64,000 nt of DNA from Marivita sp. (GCF_017643905.1 NZ_JAEPMO010000002.1:356-64355); one strand, 5' to 3'. Positions 10,067 through 20,579 are shown, counted from the first letter of the stretch. Made by a program: numbers and translations. Notes: generated by a model from the letters alone, not told the origin.

Positions 10067-10426
10067 TCACGCCCATTCCCCGTCCTCAAACGCCTCGGGA
10101 AACGACACGCGCGCCACCGGTTCGTTGATGATGAGCAGCGACTCATAGCTTACCGGGTCAAACGGATCGTCATACGGCAGCACTTCACGGCCAAAGAGCC
10201 AGCTTAGCCGCCCCGCATCCAGATTGCCGCGTTCGAACGGCTCATTTCCGAAATGCGCCCAAAGCGCTGCCATGAAGACAGCATCGGCCTTGCGGTCGAC
10301 AGACTTGCGGTCGCGATACCGTTCGCGCTTGATCAGCGGCGTAACCCCTTTGGGGTTCGGTCTGCGAATGACGAATTGGAAATCCGTTCCGGGAAGCCGC
10401 CCCGGAAAGCCGCGATGCTTCAGCAT
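10067..10426 (-). CDS. hypothetical protein (119 aa)
   Basis: In ORF 10067..10441 the start MLKHRGFPG at 10426 is preferred. Third-codon positions are GC-rich like the neighbours. I recognise no family. Confidence 0.45.
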   Translation of the reverse strand: MLKHRGFPGRLPGTDFQFVIRRPNPKGVTPLIKRERYRDRKSVDRKADAVFMAALWAHFGNEPFERGNLDAGRLSWLFGREVLPYDDPFDPVSYESLLIINEPVARVSFPEAFEDGEWA

Positions 10427-10489
10427 GGGACACCCCCGCACAGCATCGGTGAAAAGGGGGCGAGCGCCTCTGCCCGCCCCGTTTCAAGG

Positions 10490-10636
10490 TTACTTGTACT
10501 TGCCTGTGTACATGGGCTCGTGGCTGATCGGCTCAGGGTCGATAACCACAAACTCTTCTTCGGCCTGCTTCTGTCCGCATGCGGACAAAACTGCAAAAAG
10601 ACCGACTGCGGCAAGAAGCTTGATGCTCTGTGACAT
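10490..10636 (-). CDS. unlisted 48-aa lipoprotein
   Basis: Not in the ORF track because it is under 60 aa. My translation is MSQSIKLLAAVGLFAVLSACGQKQAEEEFVVIDPEPISHEPMYTGKYK. It has a lipobox LSAC and a GGAG Shine-Dalgarno 7 nt upstream of the ATG. Confidence 0.55.
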   Translation of the reverse strand: MSQSIKLLAAVGLFAVLSACGQKQAEEEFVVIDPEPISHEPMYTGKYK

Positions 10637-10850
10637 CTAGTTCTCCTGTCAGGTTCAAAGGACCCAACAGGACCTGCTGGTCCTGCCTGTCCTCGGTTCG
10701 AGGTAATGACTGCTTGGGTGCAGTCCGTCCCAGAATATCCTGAAATCACAGACAAAAGATATCCACAGCCCGCAACATCGCGGCCCTGTGACGCAAAAGA
10801 CTCAAACCGGACGCGGCCCGCGCGGAGTGTCGCAACATGTTGTGGAAGCA

Positions 10851-11573
10851 TCAAAAAAACTCCAAGATGCAGGTCTCGCCTTCGACGCGATACGCCTCGA
10901 AAAACTGGGTGACGTCTTCCGTGGCGACGCCGAATTCGGTCTCTTGCTGGCTGAAGGAAATCACGATCTGGCTGGGCTGTGGCCCGGTTTGCGCAAGGCG
11001 CGGGATGGCGAAGGTCTCGCACAGATGGTGCATGTCAACTTCCACATCCTCATAGGCGCGGCCCTCCTGCCCGATCTCGGGCGCGACGAACCGGAAGCGG
11101 TAAATCAGCCCCCCACCCGGCCGGTCCCACAGCATCTCGTGGAACGTCACAGGCTGACCGGAGGGCACGTCCAAGGGCTCATCGGCAAGAACAGGCAGCG
11201 CCAGAAACACCGCGAACACATGCGCCAGATATGTGCGCCCGCTGGCCCAACGAAGCCAGCGCGCCCGATTGCCCGGATCGGTCAAGACAGCTTCGAGCCG
11301 ATCCGAGACACAGGCGGATTGACTGGACCGGGGCAAACGCCCACCTGCCGTGACACGCATCACGTCCGCCAGACGTTCCACCCGCACGACGGGGGAAAAC
11401 CCCCTCACGCGCTGCAAGGCCCGACAGACATCCTGCCGAACCTGTCGCGCCAGACGACCCGCGTCGCACATCGGAAGGTCTGACACAACCGACACATCAA
11501 AGCGCGCAGGAACATGCCGGGCCAAGGTCAGCCCGGTTTCGTCGCGCAGAATGTGCCAGCCGTTACGTGCCAT
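10851..11573 (-). CDS. hypothetical membrane-anchored protein with a DUF6497-like C-terminal domain
   Basis: 240-aa ORF. Residues about 120-135 (YLAHVFAVFLALPVLA) form a single hydrophobic segment. The C-terminal half (VTFHEMLWDRP...YRFRFVAPEI...FFEAYR) matches my memory of DUF6497 periplasmic proteins. Confidence 0.5.
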   Translation of the reverse strand: MARNGWHILRDETGLTLARHVPARFDVSVVSDLPMCDAGRLARQVRQDVCRALQRVRGFSPVVRVERLADVMRVTAGGRLPRSSQSACVSDRLEAVLTDPGNRARWLRWASGRTYLAHVFAVFLALPVLADEPLDVPSGQPVTFHEMLWDRPGGGLIYRFRFVAPEIGQEGRAYEDVEVDMHHLCETFAIPRLAQTGPQPSQIVISFSQQETEFGVATEDVTQFFEAYRVEGETCILEFF

Positions 11574-11590
11574 GACTGCCTAACTCGTAG

Positions 11591-11608
11591 GCCGGGCTTC
11601 AGCCCGGC
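11591..11608 (-). terminator. hairpin just downstream of the pccB stop
   Basis: GCCGGGC-TTCA-GCCCGGC lies 6 nt after the pccB stop. It has no clear U-tract, so it may act only as an attenuator or stabiliser. Confidence 0.35.
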
Positions 11609-11613
11609 ACCCC

Positions 11614-13146
11614 TCAAAGCGGAATATTGTCGTGCTTCTTCCACGGCATCGATTGCTGCTTGGACCGCAGCGCAGCGAACGCCCGCGCCACCCGCTTGCG
11701 CGTGCTGCGGGGCTGGATCACCTCGTCGATGAAGCCGCGCTCTGCCGCCACGAACGGGTTGGCAAAGCGGTCCTCATATTCCTTGGTGTGTGCCGCGATC
11801 TTTTCCGCATTGCCCGCATCGGCACGGTGGATGATCTCGGTCGCCCCCTTGGCTCCCATCACGGCGATCTCCGAGGTCGGCCACGCATAGTTCACATCCG
11901 CACGCAGGTGCTTGGACGCCATAACCACATAAGCGCCGCCATAGCTCTTGCGGGTGATGACCGTCACCTTCGGCACCGTCGCCTCGCCATACGCAAAAAG
12001 CAGCTTCGCGCCGTGTTTGATGACGCCGTTATATTCCTGGCTGGTCCCCGGCAGGAAGCCCGGCACGTCCACCAGCGTCAGGATCGGAATGCCGAAGCAG
12101 TCACAGAACCGCACAAACCGCGCCGCCTTGCGGGCAGAGTCGATGTCCAGAACACCGGCAAGCACCATCGGCTGGTTGGCAACCACACCCACGGTCTGCC
12201 CTTCCAGGCGGATGAAGCCGGTGATGATGTTCTTGGCGAAGTCTTCCTGAATCTCGTAGAAGTCGCCTTCATCCGCGATCTTCAGGATCAGTTCCTTCAT
12301 GTCGTAGGGCGTGTTGGCGTTTTCGGGCACCAGCGTGTCTAGCGATTCCTCCAAACGGTCCACATCGTCGAAGAACGGCCGCGTCGGGCTGGGCTGACGG
12401 TTGTTCAGCGGCAGGAAGTCGACCAGACGGCGCACTTCGGCCAGCGCCTCAACGTCGTTCTCGAACGCGCCATCCGCGACCGAGGATTTCTTGGTATGGG
12501 TGGACGCGCCGCCCAGTTCCTCTGCGGTCACCTGTTCGTTGGTCACCGTCTTCACCACGTCGGGGCCAGTGACGAACATGTACGAGCTGTCTTTCACCAT
12601 GAAGATGAAGTCGGTCATCGCAGGGCTGTAGACCGCCCCACCCGCGCACGGCCCCATGATCACACTGATCTGCGGCACCACACCCGATGCCATGATGTTG
12701 CGCTGGAACACCTCGCCATAGCCCGCAAGGCTGTCCACACCTTCCTGAATGCGCGCACCACCCGAGTCGTTGATTCCGATCACCGGAGCGCCGTTCTGCA
12801 TCGCCATATCCATGATCTTGCAGATCTTCATCGCATGGGTGGCCGAAACCGACCCGCCCAGAACCGTGAAGTCCTGGCTGAACACATAGACCATGCGGCC
12901 ATTGACCGTGCCCCAGCCGGTCACAACTCCGTCGCCTGCCGGGCGGTTCTTTTCCATCCCGAAATCGGTGCAGCGATGGGTGACGAACATGTCGTATTCT
13001 TCAAAGCTGCCCTCATCGAGCAGCAGTTCCACCCGTTCGCGCGCCGTCAGCTTGCCCCGGGCGTGCTGTGCGTCGATGCGGGCCTGCCCGCCACCCAGAC
13101 GGGCATCGGCGCGGCGGGTTTCCAACTCTTGCAGAATATCTTTCAT
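11614..13146 (-). CDS. pccB: propionyl-CoA carboxylase beta subunit (carboxyltransferase)
   Basis: 510 aa with full-length similarity to PccB/methylmalonyl-CoA decarboxylase alpha-type carboxyltransferases ([12 protein letters not shown]...). Confidence 0.95.
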   Translation of the reverse strand: MKDILQELETRRADARLGGGQARIDAQHARGKLTARERVELLLDEGSFEEYDMFVTHRCTDFGMEKNRPAGDGVVTGWGTVNGRMVYVFSQDFTVLGGSVSATHAMKICKIMDMAMQNGAPVIGINDSGGARIQEGVDSLAGYGEVFQRNIMASGVVPQISVIMGPCAGGAVYSPAMTDFIFMVKDSSYMFVTGPDVVKTVTNEQVTAEELGGASTHTKKSSVADGAFENDVEALAEVRRLVDFLPLNNRQPSPTRPFFDDVDRLEESLDTLVPENANTPYDMKELILKIADEGDFYEIQEDFAKNIITGFIRLEGQTVGVVANQPMVLAGVLDIDSARKAARFVRFCDCFGIPILTLVDVPGFLPGTSQEYNGVIKHGAKLLFAYGEATVPKVTVITRKSYGGAYVVMASKHLRADVNYAWPTSEIAVMGAKGATEIIHRADAGNAEKIAAHTKEYEDRFANPFVAAERGFIDEVIQPRSTRKRVARAFAALRSKQQSMPWKKHDNIPL

Positions 13147-13210
13147 GGACCGTCCCTTTGTCGCTTTGCGGCGAACATACTGCGCCGCGGCAAAGCCTCA
13201 AGCGCTAATG

Positions 13211-13267
13211 AGCAAATTTGCAAACCATGAAAAGAAGAGGTCTTGCAAATTGCAAATCAGCAAATTG
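13211..13267. promoter_or_regulatory. TTTGCAA(A) repeat boxes in the pccB/MFS divergent region (candidate PccR operator)
   Basis: GAGCAAATTTGCAAA lies at 13211..13224 and CTTGCAAATTGCAAATCAGCAAATTG at 13242..13267. These are 65-121 nt upstream of the pccB ATG. Confidence 0.55.
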
Positions 13268-13322
13268 TATCGTTACGCTTGCCGATATGGACAATCCGCA
13301 ACCGCAGGCGTAGCGATGGGGT

Positions 13323-14552
13323 ATGAGTTACGCCTCTAAGGTCCGATTTCTCGACCGCTCCACACCGCCACATATTGTCACACTGATCCTGCTCGCAGGT
13401 CTTTCGGCGTTGGTGATGAACATCTTCCTGCCGTCCCTGCCCAATATGACGGCCTATTTCCAGACCGAATATTGGCTGATGCAGCTCTCCGTGGCCGTCT
13501 ATCTGGCGGTCAACGCAGTTCTGCAGATCCTGATTGGCCCGATCTCGGACAAGATGGGCCGCCGCCCGGTGATCCTGTGGGGAATCGGCGGCTTCTGCGT
13601 TGCCACGCTGGGCTGCATCTACGCGCCCGACATCTACACCTTCCTCGGCTTCCGCATGGCACAAGCGGTGATCGTGACCGCCATGGTCCTCAGCCGCGCG
13701 GTCGTGCGCGATTGCGTCCCGCAGGATCAAGCCGCATCCATGATCGGCTACGTGACAATGGGCATGGCCGTGGTGCCGATGATCGGCCCCGCCTTTGGTG
13801 GCGTGCTGGACCAGTATTTCGGTTGGCAGGCGAATTTCTGGCTGTTGCTGATCCTCGGCCTTGCCCTCTTCTGGCTGACATGGAGCGATCTGGGAGAAAC
13901 CGCCAAGGTCAGCGGGCTTAGCCTTGGCCAACAATTCGCGCAATATCCCGAATTGCTGACCAGCCCGCGCTTTTGGGGCTATGCGATCGCCTCGGGCATG
14001 TCCTCGGGCGCGTTCTTTGCCTATCTCGGCGGCGCGCCTTATGTGGGCACCGAAGTGTTTGGCATGTCCCCAGCCCAGCTTGGCTTCTTCTTCGGCGCAC
14101 CGGCCATCGGATATTTCTGCGGCAATTTCATCTCGGGCCGTTTCTCGGCGCGGATGGGTGTCAACCGGATGGTGATGCTGGGCACGTTGATCAACTGCAT
14201 GGGGATCCTTCTGTCGATGCTGGTCTTCTGGCTTGGCCTTGGATCGGAATGGACGTTCTTCGGCTTCATGACCTTTGTGGGCCTCGGCAATGGCATGACC
14301 ATCCCCAACGCCACAGCGGGTATGCTGTCGGTACGTCCGCATCTGGCGGGCACGGCGTCCGGCCTTGGAGGCGCGATCATGCTGGGCGGCGGCGCGGGCC
14401 TGTCAGCTCTGGCAGGCGCGTTGCTGGTGCCGGGCACCGGCGCATGGCCGCTGCTGTGGATCATGCTGGCCACGGCGGTCTGCGCCATCATCGCAATCCA
14501 GCTGGTGATCTGGCGATCTGTGCGGCTCGCGGGGCTGGACAGCGCGAGGTGA
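13323..14552 (+). CDS. MFS transporter, Bcr/CflA family
   Basis: 409 aa with about 12 hydrophobic segments and the GPISDKMGRRPV loop motif. Confidence 0.85.
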   Translation: MSYASKVRFLDRSTPPHIVTLILLAGLSALVMNIFLPSLPNMTAYFQTEYWLMQLSVAVYLAVNAVLQILIGPISDKMGRRPVILWGIGGFCVATLGCIYAPDIYTFLGFRMAQAVIVTAMVLSRAVVRDCVPQDQAASMIGYVTMGMAVVPMIGPAFGGVLDQYFGWQANFWLLLILGLALFWLTWSDLGETAKVSGLSLGQQFAQYPELLTSPRFWGYAIASGMSSGAFFAYLGGAPYVGTEVFGMSPAQLGFFFGAPAIGYFCGNFISGRFSARMGVNRMVMLGTLINCMGILLSMLVFWLGLGSEWTFFGFMTFVGLGNGMTIPNATAGMLSVRPHLAGTASGLGGAIMLGGGAGLSALAGALLVPGTGAWPLLWIMLATAVCAIIAIQLVIWRSVRLAGLDSAR

Positions 14553-14553
14553 A

Positions 14554-14592
14554 TTTGCAAACTCGGGCCTGACAGGTTGCAAAACTGCAAAG
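14554..14592. promoter_or_regulatory. TTTGCAAA / TTGCAAAACTGCAAAG boxes upstream of pccR (candidate autoregulatory site)
   Basis: TTTGCAAA lies at 14554..14561 and the tandem TTGCAAAA-CTGCAAAG at 14577..14592, which is 14-52 nt upstream of the pccR ATG. Confidence 0.5.
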
Positions 14593-14605
14593 CGCCGAGG
14601 ATGCC

Positions 14606-16003
14606 ATGCCCACCCAGAAACTCTATGCCGGAGCCAAGCTGCGTGAAATCCGCACCCGGCTGGGCATCACGCAACGCGACTTCGCAGCCAAGCTGGGCGT
14701 TTCCTTGCCCTATCTGAACCAGATGGAAAACAACAAGCGCCCGCTGTCCACGACCGTGGTGCTGGCGCTGGCGCAGGAGTTCGGCGTCGATGTCACCGAA
14801 CTGGGTCAGGGCGACGCAGAGCGCATGATCTCGGACATGCGCGAGGCGCTGGCAGACCCGGTCTTTGCCGATGCAGCCCCCCCGGTTGCCGATCTGCGCC
14901 TGACAGCATCGAACGCGCCAGGGCTGGCACGGGCCTTTCTGGAATTGCACCGCGCCTATCGGCAGACCCACGAGCGGCTTGCCTCGCTGGACGAGGCTTT
15001 GGGCCGCGAGGGCGCACAGCTTCAGCCCTCCCCATGGGAAGAGGTGCGAGACTTCTTTCACTATTGCGACAACTACATCGACCCCGTGGACAAAGCCGCC
15101 GAACACGTTGCAACCAAGCTGACCGGAACCGACCGGGTGCGCGCCGCCCTTCGCGGGCTGGAAAACGAAGGCCTGCATGTGAGGTTCGCCAATGTCCCCG
15201 ACCTGCGCCGGTTCGATGAGTTGCGGCACGAGTTGACGCTGTCCTCGCTCGCGGCCCCTGAGACACAGACCTTCCAGATGATGCTTCAACTCGCGCTGAC
15301 ACGGCATGGCAAGCTGCTGGATGCCACGCTTGATCTGGGGCGCTTCCAGTCGGATGCGGCACGGGACATCGCCCGGCTGGGGCTGGCGAACTACTTTGCC
15401 GGGGCGGCGGTCATGCCGTACGGCCAATTCCTGCAGGCGGCGCAGGACACGCGGCACGATCTGGAACTGATGGCGCGGCGCTTTGGAGCATCGATCGAAC
15501 AGGTCGCGCATCGTCTCTCGACGCTGCAACGGCCCGGTGCCAAGGGCATTCCGTTCTTTTTCGTCCGCGTCGATCAGGCGGGCACGATCACGAAGCGCCA
15601 TTCCGCCACCCGCCTGCAATTCGCGCGTTTCGGCGGCGCATGCCCGCTCTGGAACGTGCACCGGGCGTTCGAGACACCCGGCCGGTTCCTGCGTCAATTG
15701 GCGGAAACACCGGACGGGGTGCGCTATATCTCGCTGGCGCGCGACGTGTCGAAAACCGGCGGGCATTTCGGGGCACCAGTGCGGCGCTACGCCATCGCCC
15801 TTGGATGCGAGGTCAAACATGCCGGCGCACTGGTCTACGCGGACGGGCTGGACCTCACGCGGGATGGGGCGTTCGAGCCCATCGGGATCTCCTGCCGCAT
15901 CTGTGAGCGGTCGAACTGTCATCAAAGGTCCGTCCCACCCCTTGAGCGGAAGCTGACGATCCAGACGCATCGGCGGGGGATCCTGCCGTATGAGTTGAGT
16001 TGA
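14606..16003 (+). CDS. pccR: short-chain fatty acyl-CoA regulator (ScfR) family, PccR-type (XRE HTH plus ImmA/IrrE-like domain)
   Basis: It has an N-terminal HTH (GAKLREIRTRLGITQRDFAAKLGVSLPYLNQMENNKRP) and a long C-terminal domain with CRICER. It sits next to pccB as in Rhodobacter sphaeroides. Confidence 0.85.
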   Translation: MPTQKLYAGAKLREIRTRLGITQRDFAAKLGVSLPYLNQMENNKRPLSTTVVLALAQEFGVDVTELGQGDAERMISDMREALADPVFADAAPPVADLRLTASNAPGLARAFLELHRAYRQTHERLASLDEALGREGAQLQPSPWEEVRDFFHYCDNYIDPVDKAAEHVATKLTGTDRVRAALRGLENEGLHVRFANVPDLRRFDELRHELTLSSLAAPETQTFQMMLQLALTRHGKLLDATLDLGRFQSDAARDIARLGLANYFAGAAVMPYGQFLQAAQDTRHDLELMARRFGASIEQVAHRLSTLQRPGAKGIPFFFVRVDQAGTITKRHSATRLQFARFGGACPLWNVHRAFETPGRFLRQLAETPDGVRYISLARDVSKTGGHFGAPVRRYAIALGCEVKHAGALVYADGLDLTRDGAFEPIGISCRICERSNCHQRSVPPLERKLTIQTHRRGILPYELS

Positions 16004-16011
16004 AGGCGCGG

Positions 16012-16072
16012 GCGATGCGTCGACGCATCGCGTGTTTCCGCAGGCGGAAACACTTGGGGGCGCTGCCCCCAA
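16012..16072. repeat. three abutting perfect hairpins in a convergent intergenic gap
   Basis: GCGATGCGTCGACGCATCGC (16012..16031), GTGTTTCCGC-AG-GCGGAAACAC (16032..16053) and TTGGGGGC-GCT-GCCCCCAA (16054..16072). Confidence 0.6.
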
Positions 16073-16102
16073 ACCCCCGAAGTATTTTGAAACCAGAGAA
16101 GA

Positions 16103-16678
16103 TCAGGACGCGGCGACAGGCCAACGGTTTGCGAGATTGGCCATGATCGCGCGGTCGGTGTCGTCCAGCGGGCCTGAGGCATTGGGACGAAAGCGCAATC
16201 GAAAGCTGTGCAGCAGTGTGTCGAGCGGGACGTCGGCGGTATAGCCAAAGCGGCGCGCGTTTTCGGTGAAATCTCCGGAGCCTTTGGCCTCAGGCCATAT
16301 GGCTAGCCCTTGCCGCGCGAGGCGCAGCCAATCGAAGCGCGCGCCGGGGTCGATCTTGCGACCCGGTGCCATGTCAGAATGTCCGATCACCCGCTCCGGC
16401 GGGATGGCGTTCCGCTCCATGATACCCGCAACCAGATCGTCCAGCGCATCCATCTGTTTCGCAGCAAAAGGCGTGCTACCGGTGTTGGATATCTCTATAC
16501 CAATGGACCGGGAATTGACGTCCGTCACCGGCCCCCACACGCCCGCACCTGCATGCCACGCGCGGTCCGCTTCGTTAACCAGTTGCCAGACCGTGCCATC
16601 TGGGGCGATCACGTAATGCGCCGAGACCTGCGCCTCTTCTTGGCAGAGCCAGTCGCGCGCTTTTTCTGCGCAGTCCAT
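16103..16678 (-). CDS. N-acetylmuramoyl-L-alanine amidase (AmpD/Amidase_2 type); the true start is probably upstream
   Basis: Motifs VSAHYVI, RAWHAGAG and SIGIEI are present. The frame stays open upstream to 16825 and encodes WHPSPNCGPRRDGARPDLIVLHYTA before the first ATG (see finding). Confidence 0.75.
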   Translation of the reverse strand: MDCAEKARDWLCQEEAQVSAHYVIAPDGTVWQLVNEADRAWHAGAGVWGPVTDVNSRSIGIEISNTGSTPFAAKQMDALDDLVAGIMERNAIPPERVIGHSDMAPGRKIDPGARFDWLRLARQGLAIWPEAKGSGDFTENARRFGYTADVPLDTLLHSFRLRFRPNASGPLDDTDRAIMANLANRWPVAAS

Positions 16679-16761
16679 CGCCGTGTAGTGCAGGACGATC
16701 AGGTCAGGGCGCGCGCCGTCCCGCCGCGGCCCGCAATTTGGCGAGGGATGCCAGAGCGGCG

Positions 16762-17469
16762 TCAGTTGCGCACCGCGCGGAACGGTGCCGGATCCCAGCC
16801 ACAGGCAAAGCCATCGCCATCGGGATCAAGGTTCTGCCGGTCACGTTCCGGCCCGCCATTAGCGAGAAATTCCTCTTGCGCCAGGTCCGCCGAGGTGAAG
16901 GCCGCGCAATTGCGCAGATGCCGGTTTTCCGACGCAAAGGACGACCGGCGATAGATCGGCGCACCTTTGGGGTTCGTGGTTTGCAGCGCATATGCCACGA
17001 TGTTCGGCGTGTTGGTTCCGGGCCGCGTGGGCAATGCCTCAGGCGCGATGACCTGATACCGGGCACGGTTCTGCGCGATCAGCGCGGCATCGCCTTCGAT
17101 ACTGCGGGTGTTGGCAACAGCGTCGAAGTTGTTTTCCTCGGATATCCCGGCTGCGTTGGCCACGATCTGAGGAGCGGGATTGCCCGGCGAGGCCTGCACC
17201 GGATCGACACCGGAATTGGCGCGGCGCGCTTCCAGATCGGCAGCGTCAAGAGGACCTGTGGCCGAGAGCGGCGCTCCAGTCACCGTGGGCGGCGGGCCGA
17301 TCGTGGTCGGCGCTGCACGACCTTCGAGCACAGCGTCGCGTTGTTGCTGGTAGCCATCGATGCGGTCGAAGCCCACGGCACTGTCTGGAATGCTGGGGCT
17401 GCACGCGGTCACGACAAGAAGCGCTGCGCCCCCGGCCAATGCGCGGATAATGCCGTGTGTCTGGATCAT
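16762..17469 (-). CDS. lipoprotein with a C-terminal Excalibur calcium-binding domain
   Basis: The ATG at 17469 gives MIQTHGIIRALAGGAALLVVTAC with a lipobox. The C-terminus DPDGDGFACGW is the Excalibur motif. The longer form would overlap gatA. Confidence 0.7.
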   Translation of the reverse strand: MIQTHGIIRALAGGAALLVVTACSPSIPDSAVGFDRIDGYQQQRDAVLEGRAAPTTIGPPPTVTGAPLSATGPLDAADLEARRANSGVDPVQASPGNPAPQIVANAAGISEENNFDAVANTRSIEGDAALIAQNRARYQVIAPEALPTRPGTNTPNIVAYALQTTNPKGAPIYRRSSFASENRHLRNCAAFTSADLAQEEFLANGGPERDRQNLDPDGDGFACGWDPAPFRAVRN

Positions 17470-17492
17470 GTCCTGCCTCATTCGGCGTGAAG

Positions 17493-18976
<1,484 letters not shown>

Positions 18977-18977
<1 letters not shown>

Positions 18978-19264
18978 TATTCCACCACCTTCGGCACGGC
19001 GAAAAAGCCCTCGCGGACATCGGGGGCGTTGGCGAGAACCTTGTCCTGCATGCCCCCATCGGTGACGCCGTCCTTGCGGCGCTTGAGGCGCATCGGCTCC
19101 ACGCTGACCATCGGCTCGACACCCTCTACATCGACCTCGTTCAGCTGCTCGATGAAGCCGAGAATGTTGCTGAATTCCTGGGCCAGTGCGGGCAGTGCGT
19201 CCTCTTCGACGCGGATGCGCGCGAGCTTGGCCACGCGGGCGGCGGTTTCGATGTCAATGGACAT
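18977..19264 (-). CDS. gatC: Asp-tRNA(Asn)/Glu-tRNA(Gln) amidotransferase subunit C
   Basis: 95 aa, [22 protein letters not shown]..., a typical GatC. Confidence 0.9.
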
Positions 19265-19415
19265 GAGGCGAGGTCCCCTCGGTTTCTGCAGATAGCGGAT
19301 CTTTCGCAGCGTTTAGCTGTAGACGGGGGTGGGTTCAAGTGGCGCAACCGCCGCTTCACCGCGACATGCGCCATTGCAAGTCCAACATGCGTGGAGAAGC
19401 GGCATGACTCCGGTC

Positions 19416-20579
19416 TCAGACCTCGAACACGGAAAGCGGCAGGCTAAGCGAATGGACCACTCCGGTACTGCGCCAATCGCTGTCCAGCGCGCCGTTCATC
19501 TGGCGCTCGACCGTCGCCTCGATCAGCTTGCTGCCGAAGCCCTTGTCGGTTGGTGCTGCAACAATCTCTGGTCCGCCCTCTTCGTGCCAGACGATCCGGA
19601 CGGTTTCGCCCTGCTGCGCGCCGGTGATCGAGACCCGCCCGTCCCCGCGGGACAGCGCGCCGTATTTGGCCGCGTTGGTGGCCAATTCATGAATGACGAG
19701 GGACAGATCGGTGACCGGCCGCCCAGCAAGCCGCAGTTCCGGAAGATCGATATGCAGCTGCGCCTGACCGGATGTCAGATGCGGACTCACCAGCCGTTCG
19801 GTAAGCGCATGCAGGTCGAGGGTTTCCGCATCGCCCCGGCCATCGGACAGTGCCGGGCTGACCATCGAATGCGCGATATCAAGCGCGGACAGGCGTCCTT
19901 TGAGGACATGGGCCATATCAGCAGGAGTGTCCGCGCTGCGGGCGGTCATGGAGATCATGCCCCCGACCACGGAAAACAGGTTCTTCACCCGGTGATTCAT
20001 CTCGCGGGCCAGCGTCTCCATACCGTCGCGCTCATGGCGCAGCTGCAATTCGGTTTCGATCATCGCGGCAAGATCGGTCAGCACAGACACATCCTCGTGC
20101 GTCCAGGTGCGCGGCTGGCTGTCGATGGCACAGAAGGAGCCGATGGGTTCACCGCTTGGCGCGTGAATGGGGATGCCGAGATAAGCCACAACGCCCAAAT
20201 CCGGAATCGCCAGATTGTCCTTGAGCAAGGGATGATCGCGGGCATCCGACACAGCCAAGGCACGGTCATGCGACACGACATACTGACAGAGCGAATGGCT
20301 GAGCGGCGTTTCTTGCACGGCGCTCGCGCCTCCCGGCAGTCCACACTGTGCCTTGAAGTACTGCCTGTCTGCATCAACGAATGACGCAAGTCCGACCGGC
20401 ACACCAAGACATGCAGTTGCAAGGCGCGCAACGCGGGTGAACCCCTCTTCCGGCGTACTGTCCATGATTCCGGTCGCGTCCAAAGCCGACAACCGCGCAG
20501 GATCGGACAACCGCGCCTCGTGGTCGGTCGCAGCTTGTGACGGAAACGGCGTTGCACCGCTTGGTTTCTGCATATTCAT
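19416..20579 (-). CDS. GAF-domain sensor histidine kinase (HWE/HisKA_2 type)
   Basis: The N-terminal GAF region runs FTRVARLA...DADRQYFKAQ...GSFCAIDSQPRTW. An H-box HRVKNLFSVV and an HWE-type ATPase region ELATNAAKYGAL follow. Confidence 0.85.
   Translation of the reverse strand: MNMQKPSGATPFPSQAATDHEARLSDPARLSALDATGIMDSTPEEGFTRVARLATACLGVPVGLASFVDADRQYFKAQCGLPGGASAVQETPLSHSLCQYVVSHDRALAVSDARDHPLLKDNLAIPDLGVVAYLGIPIHAPSGEPIGSFCAIDSQPRTWTHEDVSVLTDLAAMIETELQLRHERDGMETLAREMNHRVKNLFSVVGGMISMTARSADTPADMAHVLKGRLSALDIAHSMVSPALSDGRGDAETLDLHALTERLVSPHLTSGQAQLHIDLPELRLAGRPVTDLSLVIHELATNAAKYGALSRGDGRVSITGAQQGETVRIVWHEEGGPEIVAAPTDKGFGSKLIEATVERQMNGALDSDWRSTGVVHSLSLPLSVFEV

Noticed and set aside
10420-11022. 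200-aa minus-strand ORF spanning the 10.6-10.85 kb gap
   Set aside because: It has Arg-rich off-frame composition. It overlaps the better-supported 48-aa lipoprotein ORF and the 3' end of the DUF6497-like gene.
13257-14342. 361-aa minus-strand ORF
   Set aside because: It is antisense to the MFS transporter gene. It has a highly charged His/Arg/Glu-rich composition with no family resemblance.
14039-16072. 677-aa minus-strand ORF
   Set aside because: It is antisense to the MFS transporter and pccR genes, has Arg/Pro/Gly-rich nonsense composition, and shows no recognisable domains.
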